Source: Camelus dromedarius | Taxonomy: Eukaryota | Length of the DNA: 64,000 bases | Direction of reading: 5' to 3' | Assembly (NCBI RefSeq): GCF_036321535.1 | Contig: NC_087447.1 | Coordinates: 23,250,001 to 23,314,000, forward strand | Part shown: positions 48,301-62,570 of the stretch, piece after piece | Layout: every line of letters starts with the position of its first letter | How positions within the stretch are numbered: the first letter of the stretch is position 1 | Made by a program: the position numbers and the translations under genes | The notes under the pieces: model-generated | Seen by the model: the letters and a program-made list of their open reading frames with translations, nothing else | Told to the model about the DNA's origin: nothing | Database searches by the model: none

Positions 48301-51300
48301 CCAATTCTGTAAGGCCAAGTGGTCTTTGGGGAGCAAGTCTCGGGGAAGACAGTCAAGGGAGAGAAACCGCAGTGTGTACCTTTTGGGTGTTGCCATGGTG
48401 ACCATGAAATGCTTGGCTCTGGCCCTAAGACTTTGTTTTCTTCTTTTTTGGATCGTATCTGTTTAGCAGACTGACTAGCACAAACCCAGGATGTGGTCAA
48501 TGAAATGAAAAAGCATCTCAGGGGCCCACATGGGGTTTTTCCTGTTGCAAGTAGAAAAAAAAAAAAGAGGTCCCTCTTTGTTTTGTAACTAGATTTTCTT
48601 CCCCCAGGGCTAGTTACAGTTTTGGCTACATCACCTAGTTCAGGTACAACTTTTGCTCAGGTCTGTCACTGGATGTTTGAGGAACTGGCTGACTTGATAT
48701 TGAAGGAAGTATGTCATGAGAGTCGAGGTGAGCTGAGACAGTCACTCACAGGTAATCACTGCATTTTGGGGTAGTTAGTGGGTCACTGACACACTGATGA
48801 GCCAGGGGTCTCCATCTGGGAGAAGAATGAAAGGGTTCTAGCCTAAATCCTGGGTTGTATAAGCTGTGTGACCTTGAACAAGTCATTCGAGTTGTCTGGT
48901 TCACACCTAGCCTCTGTCTCCCAGGATGAAATACGGAAGGAGTAAAGAAATGCTTTGAGCTGGTGGGATAAAAGGGAGAGGGGGGATACACACACCTGGG
49001 ACAGTATGAACACCTCAGAAAGCTCCTATAAATTAAGGCATACACAGGCCCCAGCCCCAGCAGAACAGATGCATGAAAGAACAAGCAAGCGTCAGCAATC
49101 GCGCCACGGGAGAACGTTCCTCCTTCAATTAAGAAGCACTTCCACATCCAAAAGCAGTTCTGTGAAGCCTGTCAGGTAGGCAGTATGGACCCATTTTCCA
49201 GATGAAGAAGCTAGGAGCAAGAGATGCAGAGACTCCAAAGTTTCACAGCGTTTGAATAAAATCCAGACCTCAGCTCAGATTTCCAAGGTCCTCTGATTTT
49301 CCCCGTTACCTGTGGTACTGCCCTTTCCTTCCTGGGTTGTCAGCAAATGGGAAACGTGGCAGCACTCAGAGAAGAGCGATGGTTTTCAAACTTCCCCCTC
49401 CCCCCAATGATGTCTTAGGTGGAACCACAGGATTTAGGAGAGGTAATGGCAGAGCTGCCCCAGTAGGAGCGGGAGTGAGGGTGGAGGGCAGACCACAGAC
49501 CCCCGACCCCCAATCCACCAGCTACTCATTCCTGCCCGGCCCCACCCCACCCCATCAATAGTCCCGCCACCCTCCACAATGCTCTAGGAGGCTGCGTGGA
49601 ACACTCTGGAAACCACCGCAGGAGGGTCCAATCCTAGCAATGATAACCACCACTTGGGAAGGCCTCCCATGTGCGGGGGACTCCAAAGCCCAGCGTGATA
49701 GCTGAGGAAACAGAGGCTCAGAGCACCAAGCGGTTAGCCCAGGGCTCTGCAGTTCAAAGGAAATGCATTGTATAAAAATGCTTTACAGGTGATGCAGGCT
49801 GAGTATTTTCTTTTTTTGTATTTTTCCCCCTCAGTCTCAAGAATAAAAATACCTTGCAATTAAAGTTCTCCTTAAAGACTGTCTCTAGTTCACCCCACGG
49901 AGAGGAGATAGCAAAGTTTGCTTAAAAAATCCTGTTCTACAGGGGCGGGGGCTGGGTAACAGCAGACTTGACAGGATTGACAGAGTCAGAAGCTGAGGTG
50001 AGGCTGTTGTCCTTCACGATAGAGCCATCCAGACGGAGGGGAGCGAGCGGCCAGCACCGATCCCCACAGAGCCCGACATCACCACACAGGCCAGGGTATC
50101 TCCATCTTGGATTTGACTTCCTCTTCTCTCTTTTCAGCATCTTCTCAAGGTATAAAGAAAAGATTCTGGAATTCATGGAGCCGCTATCCTACCTCGGGCA
50201 CGAGTCTAGGTGTGGTAACAGGTGTCACACCGTGGCATCCCCAGAGCCGCTTCGAGAGGTCAAATCATTAAGCCCATTTTGCAGATGAAGCAAGTGAGGT
50301 TCAGAGCACAACTGACAACATTTGCTGTGAAAGCGGCAGGGCCGTGAGTCAAACGCTGGGAGGATAGCTGGTCTCCGACATCCCTTAGCCCAGGCGTTTA
50401 CCAAAGCCACGCCCCCCGCTCGGGGCACACGGGTTCTCCCCCTGGGGGCTGGGAATGCAAGGGCACCGTGGGGTGTGGCTGAGCCTCTGGCTGGGGCCCC
50501 AGCAACAGTAACATTAACAGAGTACCTACTGTGTGCCAGGTGCTTCACACCGATTATCTCATTTAATCCCTACAGTAAACACGTAAGGACTATTATAGGA
50601 TCCGACCTTATTACAGATAAGAAAACTGAGGTTTAGAGAGGTTTAGAAACCTGTCCAAGTTGCACCATTGCAGAATCAGGCAGTCTGGCCCCTCGCTCTT
50701 AGCCGCCACACAGGAAAGCCTCTCTCATTGCTTAATTTCCAGAGGTCCCTGGTGAGTTTTGGGATAACGTCTTTTGCCAGACAGTTTGAGCACCACTGGA
50801 TTCGTATTTGCTAGTGCCATGCCAAGAGAGTTGGTGGATGGGAGCTGGTTACTACTGTCTCCTCCCAGGGGTAACTAATAGACCCAGTGAGATGGGGACA
50901 TTTTCATAGAGAAATCAGTCCTACACTGGGACTTAAGAGGCCTGTGCCCTGGACAGGGGTGACAATCTCAGAACCACAGTCTGAGGAAAAGCTTGATGAA
51001 TGGCTTGGATTTCTACCTGGCTTTGAGAGTCTCTCACTACCTGTGCTCTTCCCATGACGGATGCTATCTGGTTCAGACACCCCTTAGACTGATGGTTTTT
51101 ACCCTCTTTGCCCCACAGCACCACTTCCATTCACAGGAGGGACCATGCCAGTCACACTCCGATGGGCACCAGGTGCCTTGCAATCCCAGTGGCCTCTCCC
51201 TGTCACTCAAAAAATCTTACCTGAATGCAAGTATGTGAGTGTGCAGGTTTTTCTGGGACTAGCCACGGGTTTGCTGCAGTTTATAAAGAAAAGAAAGTCA

Positions 51301-54300
51301 TCCATCGGCCTTGGTACTTGGTCGCTAGTAGCCCTGTACTTATAATTCACCTGCAACCCATCCTGACTCACATGTGGATTGAGATAGAACAAGAACCATG
51401 CCTTTAGGTTACCCCTTTCCTCTTCAAACACATCAGCAGCGAAGTGATGGAGCTGCAAAAGTATTTGTTTGCAGCAACAAGCACTACAAGTGACCGAGGA
51501 GAGGTCTAGATTTCCATTGAATCTGAATTAAGGGGGCTCAGAAATCATTAGGTAAGTTTCCTCCCCAGGCCAAGAATCCTACCATTATTCATTCTTCAGA
51601 TGCTTTCACCAGTCATGCAAATGTTTCAAAGCAGAAACCCTACAGAGGGAGAGGCTGGATTGTGGGGATATTTTTTAAAAATCTGGGCCAAAAGATTTCC
51701 AGGATTAGTACAGTTCCAACTGCCCTGTGAGCTAATAGCTTGTAATTCACACCCCTTCCTGAGCTTTCAATCCGTGAAATCTCATCTGTAACCACAGATG
51801 CCACTTGCAAACGCCAGGCTCTGGAGAACTTACTTCTGACAAACTTTTAAATCCGACTCAAGCCACAGGGTTTGGACCAAGATCTTTACCATTTCATGCG
51901 CAGCTGGAGTGGGCCAACCATAACTTCCTGCTTTTAAGGAACATGGCTCATGAAAAAAGCCAGGAGGCTGGGAAATGGAGGAAGTTACAAATGACCCTTC
52001 TGTGAAGTTTTCAAAGCAAATAAGATCCTGATGTTCCTTCAAATAAATGGCCATCAAATGTGGCAAGAGACTACACTCAGGTGAAGGCTTAAGCTCGTTT
52101 CACCAAGGACAGTTGAGGGCTAGAAACATCAGGAAGAGGAGACCCGGGCCTCTTCCTCTGAAGTCTGTGCCTCCCAAGTCATTCTTAGCTCCCTGAGGGC
52201 ATGGCACAGGCATCCATTCAAAGCACCTTCTGGAAGATACGAGTGTTCTGTACCAGACACGACCTTCGATGCTAAGGAGACATATGAGGTCCTTACCCTG
52301 AAAGAGCTTATGTTCCAGTGCGGGAAGCAGACAGTATACAGGTAAACAATTAGCATAGAAACAAGGCCACTTCAGGTAGTGATAGGGTGACCCCAAAACA
52401 AAAGGGGATTCTATGCTGTGGGAGAGAATGACGGACTGCCTTGCCAGGCCGGCTGTGTGGTCTGACGCTCACTCTTCCATGAACTTATGGGTGTATTTTA
52501 CTTTATTATGGGGCTCTCGGTGACAGGGAGGAGGGAGGAGGGAGGAAGGAAGGAAGACAAATGATAGATAGATGAATAGACAGATGGATGGATAAATGAA
52601 TGAATGGACAGAAGCATAGATAGACAGACACTATCATAAAACATCACTTTAGGAAGAAGTCTGCCTCGAGTGATACTAACCCATGAAACGTTCTATTGGG
52701 ACCTTCCCTTATTAGCTCTACATTCACAATGTCTGATGCACAGTATGGCGCCCAACAGATGTTTCTTTAGTTTAATGGGAAACGCATCAGACCAAGTTCA
52801 GTGACCTGGGCTCTCGTGTTGGACTTCTTACTGATAAGCTGTCAGCCCTTTGGAGAAGTCTTCAGTTTCTTCATCAGACCAGGAGGAAGTTGGATTTGGT
52901 AGTCTCTAGGCCCCTGGCCAACCCAGCCCTCTGCCTCCAGAAGGGAAGCCTACGTGTCTTTGTAACTTGTTCTCTAAACACTCCAGAAACTGAGTGGGTC
53001 CCACTCGCTTGCAGGGTTGTGGCGTTTCCCTCTGGAATCCGGGCAGTGCTGGTGTGATGAGCACGTCAGGCAGGCTGGAGCGGCCAGCAAAAAGACACAA
53101 GAGACAAAACAAGAGCGTAACCAGCATCCTGCTCTCCAATTACACCAACGAACCGCCGTCCAGCACACAGAGACCTGCCCCATCGTCGCTGGAGGGAAAG
53201 AATGGTTTCAATTAAGAGGAATACAGCAGGACCGCTGATTTCCTTAGAGAGACTACTCCTAAATCACTCCAAACGGCCCCAGTGCTCCCTGCAGCCAGTT
53301 CAAACCATTCTTCAGCTGTGAGACAATCCTCAAGTGAGCCGCTGCGCACAGCCCCCACCTGCACAACTGGAAGTCCAGACACCCACCCCCAGCTGGCTCC
53401 CTGATCTTTGGTGGTCTCGGAGGTTCCAGGGCCCGTGCAAAGGGCAGAGAGGGAAGCTCCCTCCATCTCCTTTCTCGAAGAGAACTCTCAGTAGTGCCAA
53501 TTTGCTTCAAGGCCCTCCATGGTCAAGGAGCCAGAAAAATCCAGGCTCTCAGGAACAGGAGATGTCTTGAATTTTCAAGGCCTCCAATTCTGGGTCTAGA
53601 AGAGCAGGATGCACCCCAGAAAGCTGACTGGGCAAGCCGCTGTGAAGTTCAAGGGAGAAGGGAGCTCTGGACCAAATTCCAGCCCCACAACATGAGAGTG
53701 GAGGCTTCTTAGGCAAGTTCCTTCATTTTATGAGCCTCAGTTTTTCAGCCTGCATAATGGCTCTAATGAAATTCATTCATTTAGTCAAAGGTTATTTGTT
53801 GCATCCCTCAAAGAGAGGTTTAGGGGAGTAAGAGAATAAACACAGGTTCAGTTTGTTTCATAACAGGTGCTGAGTAAATGTCAATCGTATTCCTTCTCCC
53901 ACAGGAAGATGAAGCCTTGGACAATCCACAGCTCCCCTGGATACCAAGGGGACGCCCAAGTTCTAACTTATAATGTACTTGCACCATGAGCCATCATTTG
54001 TGCTTTCCTCTCAGCCCAGACAACAGCTTGCAGCCACACTCTCATAAAATCAAAAGCAAAATGAGAACCTGCCACAAATGCAAACACTCCTATTAAAAGA
54101 TACAAGTTTCAGTCACTTCTGAGGTGTGGCTGGGAGGGGCCAGATCTTCCTCTCTTTAGAGGCAAACAGAACTACGAAGTTAAAGACAATTAAAGGTATT
54201 TTTGGAGATGAGAGAATTGGACACCCCAGTGATTGACGGGTGGGCACTTCGTGCCCTCAAAAGCTGGTCCCCCATCCACCATCAGGAAATTCCAAGCTTG

Positions 54301-57239
54301 GGCTTCTGGGGAGGAAGTGGGCACTGGGAAACTTCACAATTTCCAGAATGAGAAGGAAGTGATCACATTAAATTGCCCCTAAGGGCCTTTCGAGACCGAG
54401 GCCAGAGAACAGCACTTTATAAAAACACTTCTGCCCAAGAAGGAGGAAAATACCATCTCGTCCTCCGGCCCCACCACCCACTGCCAGCACCCAAGGCAGG
54501 AAGGGGCAGGTCCTGCTGAGACAAGCAGCCTGGGAGACTGACTGCCGTTGTGCAAGTAAAGACAGGACCTGGAGTGTGTTTCCCCATTCGCTTTCACCAG
54601 CTTCTGCCATAGCCAAGCTTCCTGGAACATCCCAGGCTGCTTTAACTGCTCTGCAACCGTCCGTTGTTCCAGTGAGCATGTGGGTGTCAGCGCTCTGCTG
54701 TGCCCTCCCCCCAAATTAAATGAGATCTTACTAGGCTAATGTTTTGCCCAGAAATGGAATGAAAGTCTTCCAAAGGTGGTTGGAAGCATTTCTCAAGTGC
54801 AACAGGAACCAAGTGTGGGCTGAATGGGGAAGGGAGAGGTCCCAGGTCTAGAACAGCCCTTCCGCACACGATCAGAGTGGTCCTCACACAGCCCTGCAGG
54901 GAGGTATCATCGCTCTATTTTAAAGATGAGAAAACTGAGGCTCAGATGTTAAGTCAATTGCTTAAGGCCATGGAGTTGATGAGTGGCGGGACTTGAAGCC
55001 AGGTTTAACTCCAGGACCCACACTGCTTTCTGAGAGCTGGGGAGAACCAGACTCAGACCCGACCTGTGCTTGGCCCACAGACCGAACCAGGCATAAACGT
55101 CCTCAGATTCAGCCTTTAGCAAAGGAAGTAGAGAATATGAGTTTGAGAGACGTCATTTCCTGCTGGCCTATCTGAAGTGGGGTCTGTTCCTAAATGTCTT
55201 CCAGGGGGACTGGAAAGCTCATTTGGAGAAGAAACCGGAAGAGTTCTTCACAGGCTTTCACAATGCAGAATGCAGACGTGGCTATTAAGTTTGGCCTTCC
55301 AAACAATACAAAGAACAGGAAGCTCAAAGAGATAATAGGGTACCCTTCCTCTACCCTGATAAACAGTCCTTAGGGAAGGCTGGGATTATCTGATGATGCT
55401 TGTTTGAAAGGAGGGAGAGCTGTCCCCCACCACGTCCCAGAGGGGAGCAATGGCGAGACCTTCCCTCTGCCCCCAGCAAGAAGAGTCTGGAATATCCAAG
55501 GCTTGCTTCCCCAAACCCTGCCCCATCTTTCCCGTCCCTCAGCAGAAAAGGTTTCCTCCTTGTCTTTCACATCCATCCTGAGTGGTCAAACATTGCACAT
55601 ATTCAGCTTCCCTTTTGGTGGTCTGGCAGGAAACCATGGAAGAGACTGTTTCTTAGGTGACACCAGCCAAAGACGAGGGTGGGAACTGGGGTGGTGCAAG
55701 GCCATAAAGCAGAAGGAGAGAAGATATGGTCAGCTTGCGGACTCTTATTTATTTTTTAAGCACTTGTCTCTTATTCCAATAGATAGATAGATAAAGTTTC
55801 TTTGTAAGCTGAATTTGGACATCACAGCCTGACTCCACCATGGTAAGCCACAATCCCACAAACCCAAGCAAACATTAAAAGTGGATACTAGCCTTCAGAA
55901 AAGAGAACACCAATCCCAAATTTATTCACTCAACAAGGTTTCATTCAATGCCCCCATGTGCTGGGCACTGTGCTAGGCACTGGGACCAGGGCACTGAACA
56001 AGGTCAGCAGGGTTACTGCCCCAAAGGAGTTTATAGCCCAGGAGAAAAGACAGACATTCAACAAGTCCAGAGCAGAGCATAATGAACATTATAACAGAAG
56101 TACAAGGTGCTGAGCGCTTAGTCTAAAGGGAGGCCTTTCCTCCCCAGGGCCTTTCTGTCCCTAAGAGATGCCTCCCCGAGGCAATGCCACTCAGCTGAGA
56201 GCTGAAGGATGGATGGGGACTCTCAGGCCAGGCTCAGCAAGCCTCATGGTCAGGAAATTCACCCTCAAAATAAAGCATAAATCATTTTAGCTTAATAGAA
56301 TCCATTTCCTCTAGCTGTTTCATCATTAGATTTTGAAAAGCAGCAGCCCCCTTCCTGTGTAAGAAATAGTCACATCCTTGAGGTCCACGTTACACATCGT
56401 TGGGTTTCTCATCCCTAGATTCAGTCATTATAAATCCTTTAATAATATTTAAGTGAAAAAAAGGAATGGAAAACAAACAAACAAGCAAAAATCCTGAAGT
56501 TTCCGTCCATGCTGATGGACTCGTGAACTAACGACACGGAGGGAGGGGACTGGCCCAGAAAACCCGCCTGTTCATCTTTGGGCTTATGAAAGTGTTAAGA
56601 TGTTGGGCCCTTGAGCTTTGGACTCAAAGAAACTATTAGGAAGGAGTTTTCCTGCTTGTGAAAGAGCAATTATTAATGTAAAATTCAATAGTCAATTCCA
56701 GACTACTCGAAAGCAAATCAAATCCACTGGGATCCAACACAGCGCAGGAACGTGGACTTCAGCCCTGGGGGGTGGACATCTAGGGTCCAAATCCTGAATC
56801 TGCACTAATTAGCTACCTGACCCTGGAAAAGTCATTAAACCTCTCTCCTCTGCAGGAGTGTAATGATGCTAACCATGAAGTTAATGTGAGGGGTGGATTC
56901 GATAATGGAGCTGAAAACACTTCACACACATTAAAACACTCCAGGAGTGTAGTTATTGAAAAGGGAAGCAGGCTATCTCCCTTGGGGGTCACCACCTCAT
57001 AATCTACAGGAAGAGCCGCTTGCCCAAGGTCATAGCAATTCTTTTTAAATGGACCGCTACACAGTAGTGGTCCTCATGCCTGGTGCACTCCAGCAGTGCT
57101 GAGACGGTTTGCAATAATGAGTTTCTAATAATAAAGTACTCAAGTGTGCACGAGTTTGACTATTTCTTGTAAATTATAACAGATTTAAGATTATTCCCTG
57201 ATACACTTTTGTTGGAGAGAGAAAAGGATAAAGTTACAG

Positions 57240-58015
57240 CTGTTGTGACCATAAGCCACAGACCACCTAAGCTTCAAACTGCAGTGCGTCCACCTTGTGA
57301 ACTCTATCCATGAGGCATGTCTTCTTGGAATAAAGTTGAGGGTGTGGCTTAGGAACAAAAGAACTTAGCTTTTATTTTTTTTTTCATAGACTCTACAGAG
57401 TCTCAAACCACAACTCTAACAGATGTACAGACACCCTTTGGGGCCTTACTCACTGTAACAGACATTATTAACAATGCAACAAAATTCTTCTAATTGAACA
57501 CTGATTTTGTTCAAAATTTTAAACCTATGCTTCAGGGAAGATGAGTTCCCCACCCCACCGCAACTCCTAGCTCCAATGGATAGGTCACGGCTGATGTAAG
57601 TCAAGACCCACAGCCAGAGTTCTCCTCGCCAATGATTGGTTCAGTGTGGGCATTCCGGGGCATGTGAGACCCCATCTTTGCAATAAGAATTAAAGTCAAT
57701 TAAAGACTTCTGGAATAGCCATCCTTCCAGTTTTTAGAAGAGATGTTTGTGAATAAGCACTCCTCTTTCTGGTACTGGATATTTTTTTTTTCATGGGATG
57801 CCTGAAACTGTGGGAGTCAATTTAGGCTCATGAAGGAGGCTAACCTATAGGAAGACACTGTGAGCAGCGGAGTGGAAACTTGGAAGAAAACTGGGTCTTT
57901 GATAAACACCACGGAGCCCCTGGAATCGCCCTGCTTCCACACTTCTTGTTGTGGGAGATAACGTTTTATGAGGGCTGATTGCTCTGTTACTTACAGAGAT
58001 ACTCGGCTGACATGC
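57240..58015. mobile_element. Old MaLR solo LTR (MLT1-like)
   Basis: ccaatgattggttcag...gggcatgtgagaccc...ggaagaaaactgggtctttgataaacaccacggagcccctggaatc...ctgttacttacag pattern; subfamily not determined. Confidence 0.6.
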
Positions 58016-61000
58016 ACTGATATGCGTATATCAAGAAACACGTGACAGATAACAATTACATAGGGGGCAGATCATGATTTGATGCATGGATGGGTTGTAG
58101 CTTATGGTCAAGCATAATAGCTGTAACTCCGCCCTTATCTCTTCTACCCAAGAAAGCACATCTGAGTAGAAGTGAAAGGATGTTATCGTCGTTGGGATGA
58201 TCACCTGGAATCTGTTCATGTTTACAAGACACAGTTGTTCATAACAGACCATTCGGATTGCTGGTGCCTATGCTCTACCAATTAATAAATAGTGTTATTA
58301 TTACATGTGCTTTCCTCTGAAAGCATCTTAAGTGATTTTTTTTCTCACCACATCTATCACACTCCCCTGATAGAGTCCACTCTGGTCATCTCTCAGTAGT
58401 TACCACCAGCAAAGAAGATAAAAGGGTGAGGCCCTTGGAGCCAAACGGCTGGACATCTATCCCAGGGTTCTTGGGTGTTCCTTCTTCCTGGACCCAGTAG
58501 CTGCACCTGCGTGGCTGCTGGAAGTCATCCTATAAACCACCTCCTTCACACACACCAGTCAAAGCCTGGGCCACGCTCTAGCCACCAAAGTGCTCAAAAC
58601 AAGACAAAGACACTTCCAATAAAATGGACCAGACTTGATCCTAAACCAAGGCTTAATGTTCAAGATTCTTAAATAATGAATTTTTCTCCCATGGGAAAAA
58701 ATGACACTTATTGTTTCCCAGAGTTTGGGCTCCTTTGTTCCCCCAACATGTGCTTCTAAAAGTCTGAGTCAGCTTGGAGGTTCCCATGGTTTTCTTCCCA
58801 CCACTAGTCTATTGCAGGGCGTATGCGCTAAGCCAGCTGCTTTCAGAATGTTGACGTATAGAACTTTCTTTCCTGGCTGTCTCACTCAGATGGCCCACAC
58901 ATGAGGCAGCTGGAACAGGACCTGTGTTGGCTAGAGTTGCTATGAGGAGATTTGACCCCACCCTCCAGACTGTCCCCTGGTCCTGAGAGCCGGTGGGGTT
59001 GAGAAGTTCCAACAAGTCGGCCCCCACAAGGAACTGCGGGGATCTGAGAAACACCGGCAGTGCTACTCATCCTTGAGAAGCCTTGAGAGGCTTTCCCTGA
59101 GGCCCTGCCCAGCTGAGGTCTCCCTGTCACATGCTGTCACCAGCTCCTGTGCTTCCCTTTCCTTGTTTTACCACCACTGTCATCAAACAAAGGCGTCATC
59201 AGTTGTTTACTGTGTCTTCTCAGATAGACCGTAAGTTCCATCAGAGCAGAGCATGTGCGTCTTTTGTTTAAGGTTGTAGCCCCAGCGCCTGGCAGAGTGC
59301 TCGGTACATGTTGGTATTTGATAAACACATGTTGGGTGAACAAAAGAATCACTTGAAAACCGCTGATTGCTCAGGCAGGCTGGGCAGAAGCTAGGCCAGG
59401 TTATGCTGGGCCTTCTGGTTTCCGGATGCTCATTGAATCAAAAAGGATCAAAATGAAGGCCAAATATGGATGTACAAGGTCCTGCCCAGAAAACCAGATC
59501 CAAGTACAATGACAGCCTCAGTAGAGTGTAAACATCTACACTATTTCCCATTGTGCGACGAAAAAAGCAAAAACGAAAAACAAACGAACAAAAAAGAAAA
59601 CCCAGAAACATTTTACCTTCCTCTCTCTGTCACTCAAGGTCTTCCTGCCCTGGTCATCCACTGTCTTGTGTAGTGCCCTTCCCTCTCCTCTATCATCTCA
59701 AAGGATGAAACAGAAAGTACACTGGACTGAGAGTCAGAAACCAGGGTTTTGACTCTAACTAGTTGTGTGAACTTGGGCAAGTCACGTGCAGTTTTTGAGA
59801 CATCCTTCCCTTACTTGTCCAATAAAACAAGTGGGCTACATCATTTCCAGCACTTTGCCCCATCCTAACACGCCATCATCACTTCACTGTGTCACCAGCT
59901 CATGATAACTTCCACTTAGGGCCCTTTCTCCTTTTCTCCACTTTTCCCTCTTTGGAGCCATACTTTGGTGCCGTCATGGGGACCCAGGTCAGCCTGCACC
60001 TTCTAAGCCCTGGCAAAGCATCTGAAAACCCTCCCACACCTGCCTCCAGCAGTTTTATTGAATTACCCCAGCAATGGCATTGGGACTCAACTTGGCAGGG
60101 CACCCCTGTCCCCTGTAGGCTGGCTGCATCCACCGGCCTCAGGAAGCAGCAGAACCAAGAATCTGAACACATACCAGGTCCCCTAGGTAAGCACTGCCCA
60201 GGACGGCAGCTCAGAGGAGATGGGTGAGCATTCCGAAGAATACAATTTCAACGATTGGGGTCAACCAGCAACAGGAGACAGAGATAAAGGGGAACGTTAC
60301 CTCAGGTAATAATAGAACCTTGTAGTTCTGCCTCACGTGCTCCTGCCTACTAGCACAGAACACTTTCCCACCAGCAGGCAGAGGTGGAGAGGTCTGGGGC
60401 AGACAGACGGATTATTATCCCCAGGTGGCTCACACAGTGTATTGAAACATTAGGCAGATAAAGCCAGCAGCCCCAGGTCACACAATTAGGCTTTGACATG
60501 GTGGGAATTAGAGCAGAATGTCCTAATCTCACCCAGGGGCTATTTCTAGTAGACTCTTGACGGAGCCTTTAGTTCAAACCTTGGTTCTATCTTATCTTAC
60601 CTGCCCAGGTAGCAAGCTTCTTTTTTTCCCTTGGGGATGAGTACGGGGAAACTTGGGCGGCCCAGAGCGGGCTGATCAGGGTGAGTTCAGAATCCAACCT
60701 TCTCGGCTTGGATGCTACCGGCAGGACCCAGCAGGACCAGTCTGTGGAATGCTGCCACTGTTTGCTTTTGGGAGGCACGGAGGAGCCCCGGTGGCAGCTG
60801 AGAACGCAGAGGCTCCAGGGCTGGGAAAAGTTGTAATTAACGTGCACACACAACCCTTTCATCTTCAAAGGCTTTACTCACATTAGCGAGTTATGCCTCC
60901 TATCACCCCCGTGGCTGAGGCATCACTCTGTCTTCTCTGCTTTCAGATGGAGAAGCTGATGCGAGAAGGGGCCCTTTGCCAGGAAGTCTGGCCCTGATTC

Positions 61001-61519
61001 AAACAGAGGAAATTCCTGGCCCCGGCATCTTACTTCGCTTGGGGTGATGAGAAAACAGATTGTGAATGAATCCTAAGAGAAGGCTGGAGTGAGCAAACTC
61101 CTCTGGGTAAGAGACTGCATTTATATTGTTCTGAAAGGAGGTGGAGTCTACGCTACGGCTAGCTGACTGGATTCAACTGGCTACCCGCCCCAAGTTACAC
61201 ACAACTATCAGAAAGGTAGACTGGAAAAGCCCACTGCTGCAATGTGATGACATCTATGTGACACAAGGGGATCAAACCCTCCATATTGTGCCCATGGCAG
61301 ACATCGCTAATGGACCACAGCACTCTCTGTGGCTGAGCCAAGGTTGGCTTCTCAGCACAGTCCTCTGGGATGCCTCTGGTGATCAGCGGGAAATGGTACA
61401 TGAGCTGAAATTGGTTTGCCATTGCTGCCCTGCCATAGAGTCTGTTTGGGATTCTCTCAAATTGCTACTCAGGCAAAGCTACCAAAGTTTTATCTAAACC
61501 AATGTTAGAGCTGGCCTTT

Positions 61520-61600
61520 TTCTTTCTTCCTTCCTTCCTTCCTGCCTTCCTTCCTTCCTTCCTTCCTTTCTCTCTCTCTCTTTCTTTCTTTTTCTTTCTA
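61520..61600. repeat. (CCTT)n/(CT)n pyrimidine tract
   Basis: Directly visible; abuts an L1 tail. Confidence 0.9.
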
Positions 61601-61864
61601 CATCTTTATTGTAGTATGGTTTCCGTACAGTAAACTACACATATTTCAGATGTACAATTTGACGAATTTTGATAGATGTGTACCCCAATGAAACCACCCC
61701 CACAATCAAGATAGCTAACGTTTCCATCACACTAACATTTCCATCACTCCCCAAGAGGTGCAATTTTCGATTTCCCAATTTATCCCTTCCCACCCCTTTT
61801 ACCCACTGGTAACCATAAGTTTGTTCATGTCCATGAGTCTGTTTCTGTTTTGTAGATAAGTTCA
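61590..61864 (-). mobile_element. Old L1M 3' end followed by a young L1 3'UTR segment that runs into the gap
   Basis: ctttattgtagtat...tgtacaatttgacgaattttg...accacccccacaatcaagatag (L1M), then cccactggtaaccataagtttgttc...gagtctgtttctgttttgtagataagttca (young L1). Confidence 0.75.
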
Positions 61865-62087
61865 NNNNNNNNNNNNNNNNNNNNNNNNNNNNNNNNNNNN
61901 NNNNNNNNNNNNNNNNNNNNNNNNNNNNNNNNNNNNNNNNNNNNNNNNNNNNNNNNNNNNNNNNNNNNNNNNNNNNNNNNNNNNNNNNNNNNNNNNNNNN
62001 NNNNNNNNNNNNNNNNNNNNNNNNNNNNNNNNNNNNNNNNNNNNNNNNNNNNNNNNNNNNNNNNNNNNNNNNNNNNNNNNNNNNNNN
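61865..62087. other. Assembly gap (223 N)
   Basis: N run. Confidence 1.
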
Positions 62088-62169
62088 CTGAAGTCTGTCT
62101 AGTACTGTCTAAAGAGGGTGTCATGAGAACTTCTAAGTCTCTGGGGCAGAAGAATTGGAACGCATAGAT

Positions 62170-62570
62170 GGTGCCACTGTTACCTGATCACCTGAATCAC
62201 GCCAACCTCACCGCTCACTGCTCTTCAACATGGCCTCTCTTATTCAGGTGGACTGAGCCCCCTCTCCACCCGAGTCAGGCCATACTTATTTCTCCCACTT
62301 TAAATTTTCAGCTCATCCTTTACATTTGCTTGGGCTGCTCCCCTCTCTCTGTCCATCTCCCTTCCCATGCTCAATTCATCCTCAAATCTCACTCCTTCCA
62401 TGATGCCATCCTCTACAATTGCCACTCCTGGAGATGTCTGCTTTCTTGTATAATTCACCTGTTTGCTTTTCTTTCACCAAACTGTAAGCTCTGTGAGGAC
62501 AGAAACTATGTCTTCTAATTCCCTCACTTCTTTCCACAGTGCCAATCACAGAATAGATTTTAGTGCATTG
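62170..62570 (+). mobile_element. L2 LINE 3' fragment
   Basis: ctgtaagctctgtgaggacagaaactatgtc...cttcccatgctcaattcatcctcaaatctc. Confidence 0.65.

Larger units (their letters stand above)
43620..60500. repeat. Dispersed MIR/L2 fragments in intron 1 (approx. 43620-43860, 44600-44830, 45430-45570, 46240-46420, 48820-48965, 50505-50705, 52130-52350, 54885-55030, 55930-56200, 56740-56965, 59140-59340, 59715-59860, 60330-60500)
   Basis: Repeated MIR core gaaactgaggc(a/t)cagagag in both orientations and L2 tails (tgaatgaatga; cactgtgctaggcactggg). Boundaries approximate. Confidence 0.7.
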
